Positions 1 through 10,839 are shown, numbered from the stretch's first letter. The stretch: DNA of 64,000 nt from an uncultured Thermoleophilia bacterium (GCA_963715985.1 CAVQSP010000013.1:480001-544000); one strand, 5' to 3'. A program made the numbers and translations. The notes: generated from the sequence alone by a model not told the origin.

Positions 1-96
1 GTCACCATCGTCGCCGACGGCTACAAGCCGGCCACCTGCACGGCCAAGCCGGCCGCCAGCCTCAACCTGGGCACCATCACGCTCGAGAAGGCGTGA
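1..96 (+). CDS. 3' end of a gene running in from outside the window; resembles the C-terminal domain of the pyrogallol transhydroxylase beta (Fe-S) subunit BthL
   Basis: Frame 1 reads VTIVADGYKPATCTAKPAASLNLGTITLEKA*. This resembles the V.I.ADG...S..LG.I.L end of BthL-type subunits (recalled, not aligned). An AthL-like gene lies 3 kb downstream. Confidence 0.55.
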   Translation, partial: VTIVADGYKPATCTAKPAASLNLGTITLEKA

Positions 97-100
97 AAGA

Positions 101-144
101 CGGGCGTCTGGGGCCGGCCGGCGCCGGCCGGCCCCAGACGCCCG
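101..144. terminator. Perfect 44-bp GC-rich palindrome, probable terminator hairpin
   Basis: cgggcgtctggggccggccgg-cg-ccggccggccccagacgcccg, 4 nt after the stop codon at 96; no U-tract. Confidence 0.7.
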
Positions 145-552
145 CAGCCGTCTCCCTCCGGTGCCGGGAGGACTCCCCCGCAGCCTCCCGCCGCTGCCCC
201 CATGGCGGGCGCCGGGCCACGGAGACGCACCTGGCGCCGTCCCGCCCCTCGCCGGACGGCGCCGCTTCACGTTCTCGGTCACCCCGTATCCGGCCAGCGC
301 GCAGAAGCGCCTGGACATCGCTCTCCCCGAGCGAGTCGTCAAGCCGTCGGCCGTGATCTCCGAGCACGGCGGAAGCACTTCCTCGCCGCCCGGTCGGATG
401 GAGCTCCGTGCTGCGTCACTGCCCGAGTGCTCGCCGCGAGGTCCTGCCGGCTTTCGGCTGCCTTGTCGCGCGGAATCGCGTACTATGCGCCAGGCGAGTG
501 GCAACGGGGACGGCTGTTCCGAGGTCCCGGAGAAGTGAGCTTGAGCGAGCAT

Positions 553-1344
553 ATGGACCCAGAAGGCTCCGACAGACCGGCCGACCGGCGGATGGGCGTG
601 CAGGTGATCGCCCGCGCCGCCGAGATCTGCCGCGAGCTGGCGACATCGACCGACGGCCTCACCACGGCCGAGCTGGTAGAGCGCGTCGGCCTGTCCCGGC
701 CGACCGTGTACCGCATCGTCCGCGCCCTGATGGACGAGGACTTCGTCCGCCAGGTCGCGCCGGGCCGATACGCGGTGGGGCCGGCCTTCCTGGTGATCGG
801 CGGCTCGACCTACGGAGGGCTGCGGCACGACATGCGGCCGTTCATGAAGGAGCTCTCCGGCGAGCTCGGCGAGACCATCGATCTCGCCGTCCTCGACAAC
901 GGCGAAGCCCTCTTCGTCGACCAGTTCGTCGCGCTGCGAGGGCTCCGCGTGGTGGCGCACATGGGCGCGCGCTTGCCGCTGCACTGTACGGCGAGCGGCA
1001 AGGCGCTGCTGGCGGCGCTACCGCCCGACGAGGCCGAACGCGAAGTGCCGGACACTCCGCAGGCGTACACCCCGAACACCGTCACCGACAGGGCCGCCCT
1101 GCTCCAGGAGCTGGAGGAGGTGCGGCGGACGGGCATCGCGTACGACCACGAGGAGTACGTGATGGGGGTCTGCGCCGTGGCAACGCCCGTGTTCGACGCC
1201 GTCGGTGCCATCGGCGCCCTCACCGTCGAAGTGCCCGCCGTCCGTTTTCACGGTCGCGAGAAGCCGATCGCCGTCGCGGTGCTGCGATGTCGCGACCTCG
1301 CCCACCGCGCCCTGCTCGGAACGGAGCCGGCTCACCAGCGCTAG
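553..1344 (+). CDS. IclR-family transcriptional regulator (copy 1)
   Basis: GVQVIARA...GLSRPTVYRIV helix-turn-helix; GARLPLHCTASGKALLA effector-domain motif; start could be 535 or 541. Confidence 0.93.
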   Translation: MDPEGSDRPADRRMGVQVIARAAEICRELATSTDGLTTAELVERVGLSRPTVYRIVRALMDEDFVRQVAPGRYAVGPAFLVIGGSTYGGLRHDMRPFMKELSGELGETIDLAVLDNGEALFVDQFVALRGLRVVAHMGARLPLHCTASGKALLAALPPDEAEREVPDTPQAYTPNTVTDRAALLQELEEVRRTGIAYDHEEYVMGVCAVATPVFDAVGAIGALTVEVPAVRFHGREKPIAVAVLRCRDLAHRALLGTEPAHQR

Positions 1345-1425
1345 ACACCGCCTCCACGCCGCGGGGGCTCCCCTTCCGATTCGGCACGGCGCCGCAGGTC
1401 CGCTGCCTGTACTGCCTCCAGTTTC

Positions 1426-1491
1426 TTGACGCTCGCCCCATCTGCACCTACTATGCGGTCATATTGTGAGCTATGTGTCCGCATTGTGAGC
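1426..1491 (+). promoter_or_regulatory. Sigma70 promoter followed by a tandem candidate IclR operator pair
   Basis: TTGACG(1426)-17 nt-TACTAT(1449); GGTCATATTGTGAGC at 1457-1471 and GTCCGCATTGTGAGC at 1477-1491. Confidence 0.7.
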
Positions 1492-1507
1492 AGGGGGAGG
1501 AACAAGG

Positions 1508-2881
1508 ATGGCTTCGGACTACGACATGGGCAAGTCCCGTCTTGTCACGCGACGCGACTTCCTCAAGACGGGCGCGCTGGCGGGCGCAGCCCTGGGAGTG
1601 GGCGGCGCCCTCACGGGTTCGCTGGCCGCCTGTGGCACCACGAGCTCCGGCGGCAGCAGCGGCGACAGCAGCTCCGGCGCCGAAGGCCGCGAGATCAAGA
1701 TCGGCTTCGTCACGCCGCTCACCGGACCGCTGGCCTCGTTCGGTATCCCCGACGCCTGGTGCGTCAAGCAGTGGGAGGCGTCGGTCGCCGACGGTCTCAA
1801 GTGCGGCGACGGCCAGGTCCACCCGATCAAGTTCCTCGTCAGGGACACGCAGTCCGACACCAACCGCGCCGCTACCGTGACCGGTGACCTCATCACCAAC
1901 GACGGCTGCGACATCATCATGGCGGCCTCCACGGCCGACACGGTGCCGCCCGTCGCCGACACGTGCGAAGCCATGGCCGAGCCGTGTGTCACCAACGACT
2001 GCCCGTGGCAGGCGTACTTCTTCGGCCGCGGCGGCGACCCCGCCAAGGGGTTCGAGTGGACCTACCATTCGTGGTGGGGTCTCGAGGGCATCACCGCCAC
2101 GTTCGTCTCCATGTGGGACGCGCTCACGACCAACAAGAAGGTCGCCGAGATGTGGCCCAACGACGGTGACGGCCTCGCCTGGGCCGACCCTGAGAAGGGC
2201 CAGCCGCCGGTCCTCAAGGCAGGCGGCTACACCATCATCGACGGCGGTCGCTACCAGGACCTCACCGACGACTACACGCCGCAGATCGCCAAGTTCAAGG
2301 CGGCCGGCGCCGATATCCTGAGCGGCGTCATGCTGCCCCCCGACTTCACCAACTTCTGGAAGCAGTCGCTGCAGCAGGGCTTCAACCCGATGATCGCCAC
2401 CGTGGGCAAGGCGCTCCTCTTCCCGCAGTCCCTCGAGGCGCTTGGCGACGTCGGCTACAACCTCTCCAGCGAGTGCTGGTGGTCGCCCAACCACCCGTTC
2501 ACGTCCTCCCTCACCGGGCAGACGTGCAAGGAGATCGCGGACCAGTACGAGACCGACAACAGCGCGCAGTGGACGCAGCCGATCCTCCACTACGCGATCT
2601 TCGAAGTCGTCGCCGACGCCCTCAAGCGGGCGACGAACGTGGACGACAAAGCCAACGTCCGCGATGCCATCGCCGCCACCGACATGCAGACCATCGGCGG
2701 CCGCATCACGTGGAGCAGCGACGACAAGAAGCTCAACCCGGTGCCCAACGTCTGCACCACGCCCATCACGGGCGGCCAGTGGGTCAAGGGTGACAAGTAC
2801 CCGTACAACCTGGTCGTGGTCGACAACTCGCAGGCCCCCGAAGTCCCGACCCAGGCCGAGTTGCAGCCACTCCAGTACTGA
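1508..2881 (+). CDS. ABC transporter substrate-binding protein, LivJ/K-like, Tat-exported lipoprotein (copy 1)
   Basis: TRRDFLK twin-arginine motif, LAAC lipobox, IKIGFVTPLTGPLASFG, DTQSD motif. Confidence 0.92.
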   Translation: MASDYDMGKSRLVTRRDFLKTGALAGAALGVGGALTGSLAACGTTSSGGSSGDSSSGAEGREIKIGFVTPLTGPLASFGIPDAWCVKQWEASVADGLKCGDGQVHPIKFLVRDTQSDTNRAATVTGDLITNDGCDIIMAASTADTVPPVADTCEAMAEPCVTNDCPWQAYFFGRGGDPAKGFEWTYHSWWGLEGITATFVSMWDALTTNKKVAEMWPNDGDGLAWADPEKGQPPVLKAGGYTIIDGGRYQDLTDDYTPQIAKFKAAGADILSGVMLPPDFTNFWKQSLQQGFNPMIATVGKALLFPQSLEALGDVGYNLSSECWWSPNHPFTSSLTGQTCKEIADQYETDNSAQWTQPILHYAIFEVVADALKRATNVDDKANVRDAIAATDMQTIGGRITWSSDDKKLNPVPNVCTTPITGGQWVKGDKYPYNLVVVDNSQAPEVPTQAELQPLQY

Positions 2882-2913
2882 GGGCGCCTGACGCACGTCT
2901 GAACGCCGTTTGA

Positions 2914-2948
2914 ATCGGGGGGCGGAGGCGGATGCCTCCGCCCCCGAT
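2914..2948 (+). terminator. GC-rich hairpin after the binding-protein gene
   Basis: atcggggggcggaggc-ggat-gcctccgcccccgat. Confidence 0.6.
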
Positions 2949-3126
2949 CGCACAGGTTGCCTCCGGCCGTGACACGGTGCTACCCCCAGCGCCGGTCGTC
3001 TGTGGCCGCACGCGGACGACGCGGTCGCGAGGCACGCTTGGGGCGCCGTCCCGCATCCGCGGGACGGCGCCCCTTCTCGTTCCCGAGCAGGGGACACACC
3101 AGAGCCCTCCTGCAGGGTCGCGCGCG

Positions 3127-3190
3127 TTGACCGCAACGCCTCAGTCCGCTAGAGTTCCAATAAACGGAATGAACGTTCCATAAGATGGAA
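3127..3190 (+). promoter_or_regulatory. Sigma70 promoter followed by a tandem candidate IclR operator pair
   Basis: TTGACC(3127)-17 nt-TAGAGT(3150); TTCCAATAAACGGAA at 3155-3169 and palindromic TTCCATAAGATGGAA at 3176-3190. Confidence 0.72.
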
Positions 3191-3238
3191 CGAAAGGACA
3201 GGACAGGCGCGGGCTTCCACGCGACCTGGAGGGCTCCC

Positions 3239-6200
3239 ATGACGGTATCGGGACGACAGCGCGCGGCGCGCGCGGTGCAACAGGCGAAGGGGACGCTGGC
3301 GGAGACGCAGTTCGCCGCGGTCCTGGCGGCGCTGCCGGTGCTCCTCAGGACCACGGCCCACCGGCACCCGGCCTTTGCCGCGCGGCTGCGCGAGCGCGAC
3401 CTCGTGGCCCAGATCGTCCTCGCCGGTACGAGCCGCGGCCGGGCCTACGCGTTCCGCGACGGTGCGGTGCACTCCCGCGCCGGCCTGCACCCCAAACCGG
3501 ACATCACCATGACCTTCGACTCGGCCGAGCTGGCCGTGCGCCTGCTCAAGCCCTCCCGCGATTACCTGGAGTTCATCGATGCCCTCAAGAACTTCCAGAT
3601 GAGGGTGGAGGGGCCGGACGAGCTCGCCGTGTGGTTCTCGGAGACGCTGCAGATGATGCTCACGGCCGGGCTGGAGTTCGGTACCGATGTGGGCGGCGGG
3701 GTGCGCCGCTACACGAGCAACACCAACGGCGGCCCGGTGTACGTGTTCGTCAGGGACGGGCGCATCCTCCGCATCACCCCGATCGAGTTCGGCGAGGACG
3801 ACGCCGCGCCCTGGACCATCGAAGCGAGGGGCCGCAGCTTCACGCCTCCCCGCAAGACGACGGTGAGCTCGCACACCCTCGCCTGGAAGTCGCTGATCTA
3901 CTCGCCGGACAGGCTGCTGTACCCGATGAAGCGTGTGGACTTCGACCCCGCCGGCGAGCGCAACCCGCAGAACCGCGGCACCTCAGGGTACGAGCGCATC
4001 TCGTGGGACGAGGCGCTGGACCTGGTGGCGTCCGAGATCAAGCGTGTCAAGCGCGAGCACGGCCCCGGGGCGATCATGAACGGCAGCGGCTCGCACCACA
4101 CGTGGGGCGTGCTGGGCTACTGGCTGAGCGCCCGCATCCGCTTCTTCAACACCATCGGCTGGACGCCGGTGATGCACAACCCGGACAGCTGGGAGGGGTG
4201 GTACTGGGGCGCGTCGCACCACTGGGGCCAGACGGCGCGTAACGGGGGCGGCGAGACGTACGGCACGGTGGAGGACTGCCTCAAGCACTGCGAGATGGTG
4301 GTGTTCTGGTCCTCCGACCCGGAGGCCACGAGCGGTGTGTACGGCGCTCACGACGGCACGATCCGGCGCCAGTGGCTCAAGGACCTCGGCATCCCCTTCG
4401 TGCACATCGACCCGTACTTCAATCACACCGCCTCCTTCATGGGCGGCAAGTGGCTGGCCCCGCGGCCCGGCACCGACAGCGCCATGGTCCTGGCCATCGC
4501 GCACGTGTGGATGACGGAGGGCCTCTACGACCGCGAGTACGTGGCGGAGCGCACGGTGGGCTTCGAGAAGTGGCGGGCCTACGTGCTCGGCGACGAGGAC
4601 GGCGTGCCCAGGACGCCGGACTGGCAGGAGGTCGAGACCGGGGTGCCCGCGCGCGACGTACGTGCGCTCGCGCGCGCGTGGGGGTCGAGAAAGACGTACC
4701 TTGCCGCCGGCGGCCTCATCGGCTTTGGCGGCGCCTGCCGCACGGCCACCGGCACCGACTGGGCGCGCGGCGTTGTGTGCCTGATGGCCATGCAGGGCCT
4801 CGGCAAGCCGGGCGTCAACATGGGTTGTCTGCAGCAGGGCACGCCGCTGGACACGCACTTCTTCTTCCCCGGCTACGCGGAGGGCGGCTACTCCGGCGAC
4901 CTGACCGGGACTGCGCTCAGCATCAACATGTACCAGCGCATGCCGCAGCTCGCCACGGTGAACACCGTGTCGCAGGTGGTGCCGCGCCTCAAGATCCCCG
5001 AGGCCATCATGGACGGGCACTGCGAGGCCTACCCGACCGACCCCAAGTCGATCGAGGGCCAGTTCATGCGCTACGAGTACCCCGCCCCCGGCCACAGCGA
5101 GGTGAAGCTGTACTACAAGTACGGCGGCTCCCACCTGGGGACGATGACCGACACCAACCGCTTCGCGCGCATGTACCGCTCGGACAAGCTCGAGTGCGTG
5201 GTCAACCAGGGGATCTGGATGGAGGGCGAGACCAGGTTCGCCGACATCATCCTGCCGGCCTGCACCAACTTCGAGCGCTGGGACATCAGCGAGTTCGCCA
5301 ACTGCGGGGGCTACATCCAGCACGCGTTCACGCAGTGCAACCACCGCGTCGCCGTGATGCAGCACAAGTGCATCGAGCCGCTGGGCGAGTCGCGCTCGGA
5401 CCACCAGATCTTCCTCGACATCGCCACGCGGCTCGGCCTGGGCACGATGTACTCGGAGGGCGTCACCGAGCTCGACTGGTGCAAGCGGCTGTTCGACGCC
5501 ACCGACCTGCCGCGGCGCATCTCGTGGAAGGACTTCCTCAAGAAGGGCTACTACGTGGTGCCGGCGCCGCCTGTGGAGCGGCGCGACCCTGTCTCGTACC
5601 GCTGGTTCGCCGAGGGCCGGGCCAAGGACACGCCCGAGCTCACGCCGCTGCCCGCCGACTACACCGAGGAGTTCGGCCACGGGCTGCAGACCCAGTCGGG
5701 CAAGCTCGAGTTCGAGGCCTCGAGCCTCAAGCGCTTCGCGCCCGACGACCCGGAGCGCGTCGCCGCTGATGCGGTACGTCCCCGCCTGGGAGGGCCCGCA
5801 CGCGGAGGAGCTGTACGGCCGGTACCCGCTGCAGCTCATCACACCGCACCCGCGGCACAGCTTCCACACCCAGAGCGACGGCAAACACGCCGCCGTGAAC
5901 GACGTGGCGGACCACCGCGTCCTGGTGGACGGCCGCTACTACTGGATCGTGCGCATGAACGCGCGTGACGCCGCCGCGCGCGGCCTCGAGCAGCACCAGC
6001 TCGTGAAGGTGTTCAACGACCGTGGCGCGGTGATCTGCGCGGTCCAGCTGACGGAACGCCTTCCGGCAGGTACAGTGCACTCATACGAGTCGTCCGCCGT
6101 CTACGAGCCCATCGGCGAGCCGGGCAGGTCTCCGGACCGCGGCGGGTGTATGAACCTGCTCACGCCGAGCCGCATGATGATCCGCAGGTCGCACGCGCTG

Positions 6201-6299
6201 GCGGCGAACTCCTGCCTCGTGCAGGTGGAGGCGTGGCGCGAGGACGACGTGGTCTGGCCGGCAGCGGGCGGGGGGTCGACGGATGGTGCGCAAGGCTGA
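3239..6299 (+). CDS. Mo-bisPGD oxidoreductase, pyrogallol transhydroxylase alpha (AthL)/resorcinol hydroxylase-like, with an N-terminal SCP2-like domain; one frameshift near 5760
   Basis: [50 protein letters not shown] (Ser Mo ligand), [22 protein letters not shown]. The C-terminal molybdopterin-dinucleotide domain ([17 protein letters not shown]...ANSCLVQVE) continues in ORF 5769..6299. Confidence 0.88.
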
Positions 6300-7062
6300 G
6301 GGGGATGACGGGCCGGACAAGGGCGCCATGCAGGTGATCACGCGGGCGGCCGCCGTGCTCGGCGCGCTCGCCGCGCCCGGCGGCGGCCGCAGCCTCGCGC
6401 AGCTCGCCCAGCAGACCGGCCTGCCCAAGACGACGGTGCACCGCATCTGCACGGCGCTCGAGAGTGTCGGGTACGTGCAGGTGGACCCGGCCAGCGGCCG
6501 CAGGGAGCTGGGCAGCGGCATCCTGCGTCTGGCGGTGATGAGCCGGCGCGATCTGCGCACCGCGCTGGAGCCGTATCTGGCGCGACTCTCCCGCGACCTC
6601 AACGAGACGGTCGACCTCGCGGTGCTCGACGGGGGCGCCGTGCTCTTCCTCGCACAGCACCCCGCACCGGAGCGCGAGCTCATGGCCATCGCCCGTGTGG
6701 GGGCGCACTTTCCCGCCGCCAGCATGGCGAGCGGCAAGGTACTCCTGGCGCGCCTGTCCGACGACGAGCTGCAGCGGCTGCTGCCGCCGCGTCTGGCGAG
6801 CACGCTGCAAGGGCGGCCCAAGACGCGCGAGGACCTGATCCGCGAGCTCGACGACGTGCGCGTCACGGGGCTGGGGTTCGAGCGCGAGGAGCTCCGCCAC
6901 GGCATCTGTGCCATCGCCGTGGCCGTCGCCGACGTGGACGGGCGCGCCGCCTCCATCGCGGTGCCCATGCCGACGGCCCGGTTCAACGCCGCCGAGCGCG
7001 AAGTGGCGGCGGCGCTGCTGCGGCTCAGGGACGAGGTCCAGGCCGAGCTGAGTGGCGGCTGA
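6283..7062 (+). CDS. IclR-family transcriptional regulator (copy 2)
   Basis: [10 protein letters not shown] helix-turn-helix; [10 protein letters not shown]; ASGKVLLA. Confidence 0.93.
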   Translation: MVRKAEGDDGPDKGAMQVITRAAAVLGALAAPGGGRSLAQLAQQTGLPKTTVHRICTALESVGYVQVDPASGRRELGSGILRLAVMSRRDLRTALEPYLARLSRDLNETVDLAVLDGGAVLFLAQHPAPERELMAIARVGAHFPAASMASGKVLLARLSDDELQRLLPPRLASTLQGRPKTREDLIRELDDVRVTGLGFEREELRHGICAIAVAVADVDGRAASIAVPMPTARFNAAEREVAAALLRLRDEVQAELSGG

Positions 7063-7118
7063 GCGGCGGAGCGTCGCCGCAGCCGCCTCACGCCGGCCGG
7101 AGACGTGAGGAGAAGCAC

Positions 7119-7882
7119 ATGGACGTGTTCGACATCCGCGGGAGCCGCGCAGTCGTGGTCGGGGCGGGCGGGCTCGGCGGCGCCATCGCGCGCGGACTGG
7201 CCGGTCACGGCGCCGACGTGGTGGTGGCCGATGTGGACGGGAGCCGTGCCGCGGCTCTCGCCGCCGAGCTGGCCGGCGAGGGCGTGACGGCGGCGGGTCG
7301 TGGCCGTGGATGTCACCGACGAGACGTCGGTGGCGGCGATGGCCGAGGCGGCCGTCGCCCGTCTCGGCGGCGTGGACGCGCTCGTCAACGCCGCCGGGGC
7401 CACGGTGCGCAAGCGCGCCGAGGACCTCGCCCCCGCGGAGTGGCGCCGCATCCTCGACGTCAATGCCACGGGCACCTTCCTGTGCTGCCAGGCCGTGGGC
7501 GCACACATGGCGCGCGCGGGCGGCGGGGCCATCGTCAACCTGTCGTCGGTGCGCGGCCGCTACGGGGCCGTCTTCGGCCAGGCCGAGTACTCCGCCAGCA
7601 AGGGCGCCGTGGACTCGCTCACGCGCTCCCTGGCCGCGCAGTGGGCCGAGCTCGGCATCCGCGTCAACGCGGTCGCGCCGACGTTCGTGGAGACCGACCT
7701 CACGCGGGCGGTGCTCGCCGACGAGGCGTTCGCGGCGGCACTGCGGGCCAGCATCCCCATGGGCAGGTGGGCGGACGCCGCCGACGTCGTCGGGCCCCGT
7801 ACTCTTCTTGCTGTCGCCGGCGGCAGGCTTCATGACCGGCCAGATCGTGTACGTGGACGGGGGCCTGACGGCCCGCGTCTGA
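7119..7882 (+). CDS. SDR oxidoreductase, probably NAD-preferring; two frameshifts (near 7296 and 7795)
   Basis: GAGGLGG, VVADVD (acidic residue after beta2), VNAAG, YSASK, and FMTGQIVYVDGG recovered across three frames. Confidence 0.88.
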
Positions 7883-7919
7883 GCCCGGGGAGGGTGCGGC
7901 GGCGACGTGCGTGCGATGC

Positions 7920-7982
7920 TTGACCTCCTTCGGGCCCTGCACTAGTGTTCGCATCATGGAATCGTAGTTCCGTATCGTGGGC
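7920..7982 (+). promoter_or_regulatory. Sigma70 promoter followed by a tandem candidate IclR operator pair
   Basis: TTGACC(7920)-17 nt-TAGTGT(7943); GTTCGCATCATGGAA at 7947-7961 and TTCCGTATCGTGGGC at 7968-7982. Confidence 0.7.
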
Positions 7983-8161
7983 ACCCCGCGAGCGGACGGC
8001 GGCCGAAGAGGGGCGGGCCGGCGGCAGCCTGGACGACCCCGGCGGGGCGCTCATCCGCTTCCCGGACGGTGTCGCGGCGCACCCGGCGCCGGCCCCGCAG
8101 TGGACACGCAGCAGACCGGCAGCTACCCGCAGCGCCGGCCACACGTGAGAGGAGAACTGAG

Positions 8162-8959
8162 ATGGCTGAGCGAGAGATCTGGAGCCTCGAGAGTATCCGC
8201 GGCCTGTTCGACCTGACCGGCAAGGTCGCCATCGTCACCGGCGGCTCGGGGGCCTACGGGCACGACGCCGCCAAGGGTCTGGCGGCGTTCGGCGCCGACG
8301 TCGTGCTCACCAGCCGCCGCCTCGAGAACCTGGAGGCTGCGGCGGCCGACATCCGTGAGACCGGTCGCACGGTCCTGCCCATCGCCTGCGACGTGCTCGA
8401 CCCCGAGGGCGTGGAGAACGTCGTCCAGAAGACCGTCGACGAGTTCGGCAAGGTCGACATCCTGGTAACGGCCTCCGGCCAGGCCAACCGCTTCGCCGCT
8501 CACGAGTTCCCCATCGACGAGTGGGAGAAGGTCATGGACTCCCTCGTCAAGGGCACGTACCTCATCTGCCAGGCGGCGGGCAAGCGCATGATCGCGCAGG
8601 GCGGCGGCAAGATCATCACCGTGGGCTCCGTGCGCGGCTTCCTCGGGCACCCGGGCGGCTACTCTGCCTACGGCACCGCCAAGGGCGCCGTCCACCTGCT
8701 CACCAAGCAGCTCGCCACCGAGTGGGCGCAGTACCACATCAACGTGAACAGCGTCGCGCCCTGCATCTTCTGGACCCCGCTCACGCAGCAGGTCATCGAG
8801 GACCCGGAGCTGAAGAAGATCTTCCTCTCGCGCATCCCGTGGGGCCGCGTCGCCGACCCGCAGGACTTCATCGGCGCCACCGTCTACCTGGCCGCGCCGG
8901 CGTCTGACTTCGTGACCGGCGCCATCCTGCCCGTCGACGGCGGCAGCACCGCCGGCTGA
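8162..8959 (+). CDS. SDR oxidoreductase, NADP-type; candidate phloroglucinol reductase
   Basis: TGGSGAYG, VLTSRR (basic residues indicate NADP), YGTAK; RBS gaggag. The phloroglucinol reductase role is inferred from the neighbouring cyclase, cupin and HAD genes. Confidence 0.85.
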   Translation: MAEREIWSLESIRGLFDLTGKVAIVTGGSGAYGHDAAKGLAAFGADVVLTSRRLENLEAAAADIRETGRTVLPIACDVLDPEGVENVVQKTVDEFGKVDILVTASGQANRFAAHEFPIDEWEKVMDSLVKGTYLICQAAGKRMIAQGGGKIITVGSVRGFLGHPGGYSAYGTAKGAVHLLTKQLATEWAQYHINVNSVAPCIFWTPLTQQVIEDPELKKIFLSRIPWGRVADPQDFIGATVYLAAPASDFVTGAILPVDGGSTAG

Positions 8960-8984
8960 GCCGGCGGCAGCGAGGAGGCTGACC

Positions 8985-9926
8985 ATGGCCAAGGAGCGCG
9001 TGGCCGTCATCGGCGCCGGCCTGATGGGCATCGGCATCGCCCAGGTCTTCGCCGTGGCGGGGCACGAGGTGACACTCCAGGACGCGTTCCCGGAGGCGCT
9101 GGAGCGCGTGCCCTCGGTGGTGCGCGCCAACCTCACGTTCCTGGCCGAGAAGGGCCTCGGCTCTCAGGATGACGTGGAGGGGGCCGTGGCCCGGGTGTCC
9201 ACTACACCCGAGCTGCGTGCCGCCGTGCAGGGGGCGGCATTCGTGGTCGAGTGCGTCTACGAGGATCTCGCGCTCAAGCAGGGCGTGTTCGAGCAGCTCG
9301 ACGACGCCTGCCCGCCCTCCACGATCCTGTGCACCAACACGTCGGTGATGAGCATCACCGAGATCGGCGCGCGCGCCGTGCGCAAGGAGCGCGTGGTGGG
9401 CACGCACTTCTGGAACCCGCCGTTCCTCATCCCGCTGGTGGAGGTGGTGCGCACGGCCGACGTCGCCGACGACGTCGTGCTGCGCACCATGGAGATGCTG
9501 CGCAGCGTGGGCAAGCGGCCCATCGACTGCAAGAAGGACGTGCCCGGCTTCGTGGCCAACCGTCTGCAGCACGCACTGTGGCGCGAGGCGATCTCCATCG
9601 TGGAGCACGGCATCGCCGACGCCGCCACGGTGGACGAGAGTATCCGCTACGGACCCGGGCTACGACTGCCGGTCCTCGCGCCCATGGAGAACGCGGACAT
9701 GGTGGGGCTGGACCTCACCCTCGCCATCCACGACTACATCCTGCCGCACCTGGAGGCGTCGGGAGAGCCGTCGCCGCTGCTGCGCGCCAAGGTGGCCGAC
9801 GGCGACCTCGGCTTCAAGAGCGGGCACGGCTTCCAGGACTGGACGCCGGAGCAGGCGGAGGAGTCCCGCCAGCGGCTGGTGAGCTACCTGGTGCACGTGC
9901 TCACCGACGACCAGAGAGGCCTGTAG
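8985..9926 (+). CDS. 3-hydroxyacyl-CoA dehydrogenase family protein; candidate 3-hydroxy-5-oxohexanoate dehydrogenase (triacetate-forming)
   Basis: VAVIGAGLMGIGIA, ECVYEDLALK, TNTS, GTHFWNPP, PGFVANRLQ. Confidence 0.88.
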   Translation: MAKERVAVIGAGLMGIGIAQVFAVAGHEVTLQDAFPEALERVPSVVRANLTFLAEKGLGSQDDVEGAVARVSTTPELRAAVQGAAFVVECVYEDLALKQGVFEQLDDACPPSTILCTNTSVMSITEIGARAVRKERVVGTHFWNPPFLIPLVEVVRTADVADDVVLRTMEMLRSVGKRPIDCKKDVPGFVANRLQHALWREAISIVEHGIADAATVDESIRYGPGLRLPVLAPMENADMVGLDLTLAIHDYILPHLEASGEPSPLLRAKVADGDLGFKSGHGFQDWTPEQAEESRQRLVSYLVHVLTDDQRGL

Positions 9927-9994
9927 CAGGCCGCAAACGGGCAGGATGCCGGGCCGGCCGCACGGTGCGTGCCGTCGCCGGGGAGGAGTGCGGA

Positions 9995-10777
9995 GTGACG
10001 GAACGGCGTGACGGCGTGCAGGTGCTGGAGCGTGCGGCGCAGATGCTCCGCGCGCTCTCGGCCGAGCCCGACGGTCTCACGTCCATCGAGCTCGCCGACC
10101 GCGTCGGGCTGCCGCGCTCCACCGCCTATCGCATCGTGGGCGCGCTCGCCAGCGAGGGCTTCGTACGGGTGTCGCCCGGCGGCAAACTCTCCATCGGCGC
10201 CGGGCTCATCGGTATCGCCACCGCCGGGCGGCGCGATCTGCGGCACGAGGCCTCGCCGTACCTGGAGCGCCTGTCGCACGAGCTGCACGAGACGGTCGAG
10301 CTCGTGGTCCTGGACGGTGGTGACGCCCTCTTCACCAACCAGTTCGTCTCGTCGCGGTCGCTGCGCGTGGTGGCCGAGGTCGGCGACCGCTTCCCCCTCT
10401 ACTGCACGGCGTGCGGCAAGGCGCTCCTCGCGGAGCTGCCGCACGCCGAGGCCGTGCGGCTCATCCCGCGCAAGCTCAAGGCGCACACGCCGCACACCAA
10501 CGTCGACCGCGAGGACCTGCTCAGGGAGCTGGACCTGGTGCGCTCCACCGGCGTCGCCTTCGACCGCCAGGAGCACACGGTCGGCGTCTCCGCCGTGGGC
10601 GCCGCCATCCGCGACGCGGCGGGCTCCGTGGCCGCGCTCACCGTGGTCATGCCGGCGGCCCGCCTCGAGGGCGACGAAGAGCGCATCGCGTCGGCGCTCC
10701 TGCGGGTCCGCGACGAGATCCAGACGGCGCTCAACGGCGAGGGCACGCCCTTCGCCGGCAACGGGCGCCCATCTTGA
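9995..10777 (+). CDS. IclR-family transcriptional regulator (copy 3)
   Basis: GVQVLERA...GLPRSTAYRIV; GDRFPLYCTACGKALLA; GTG start after ggagga. Confidence 0.93.
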   Translation: MTERRDGVQVLERAAQMLRALSAEPDGLTSIELADRVGLPRSTAYRIVGALASEGFVRVSPGGKLSIGAGLIGIATAGRRDLRHEASPYLERLSHELHETVELVVLDGGDALFTNQFVSSRSLRVVAEVGDRFPLYCTACGKALLAELPHAEAVRLIPRKLKAHTPHTNVDREDLLRELDLVRSTGVAFDRQEHTVGVSAVGAAIRDAAGSVAALTVVMPAARLEGDEERIASALLRVRDEIQTALNGEGTPFAGNGRPS

Positions 10778-10839
10778 CACCGGCTTTGCCGCGCGAGTAG
10801 CGTATCCACGATACGGCATCTCGTGTCCGAGATGCGGAC
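10774..10839 (+). promoter_or_regulatory. Sigma70 promoter followed by a tandem candidate IclR operator pair
   Basis: TTGACA(10774)-18 nt-TAGCGT(10798); ATCCACGATACGGCA at 10804-10818 and GTCCGAGATGCGGAC at 10825-10839. Confidence 0.7.

Noticed and set aside
145-530. Small ORFs between the BthL-like tail and IclR copy 1
   Set aside because: No recognisable motif or RBS in any frame; treated as intergenic, with a TACTAT -10 candidate at 481
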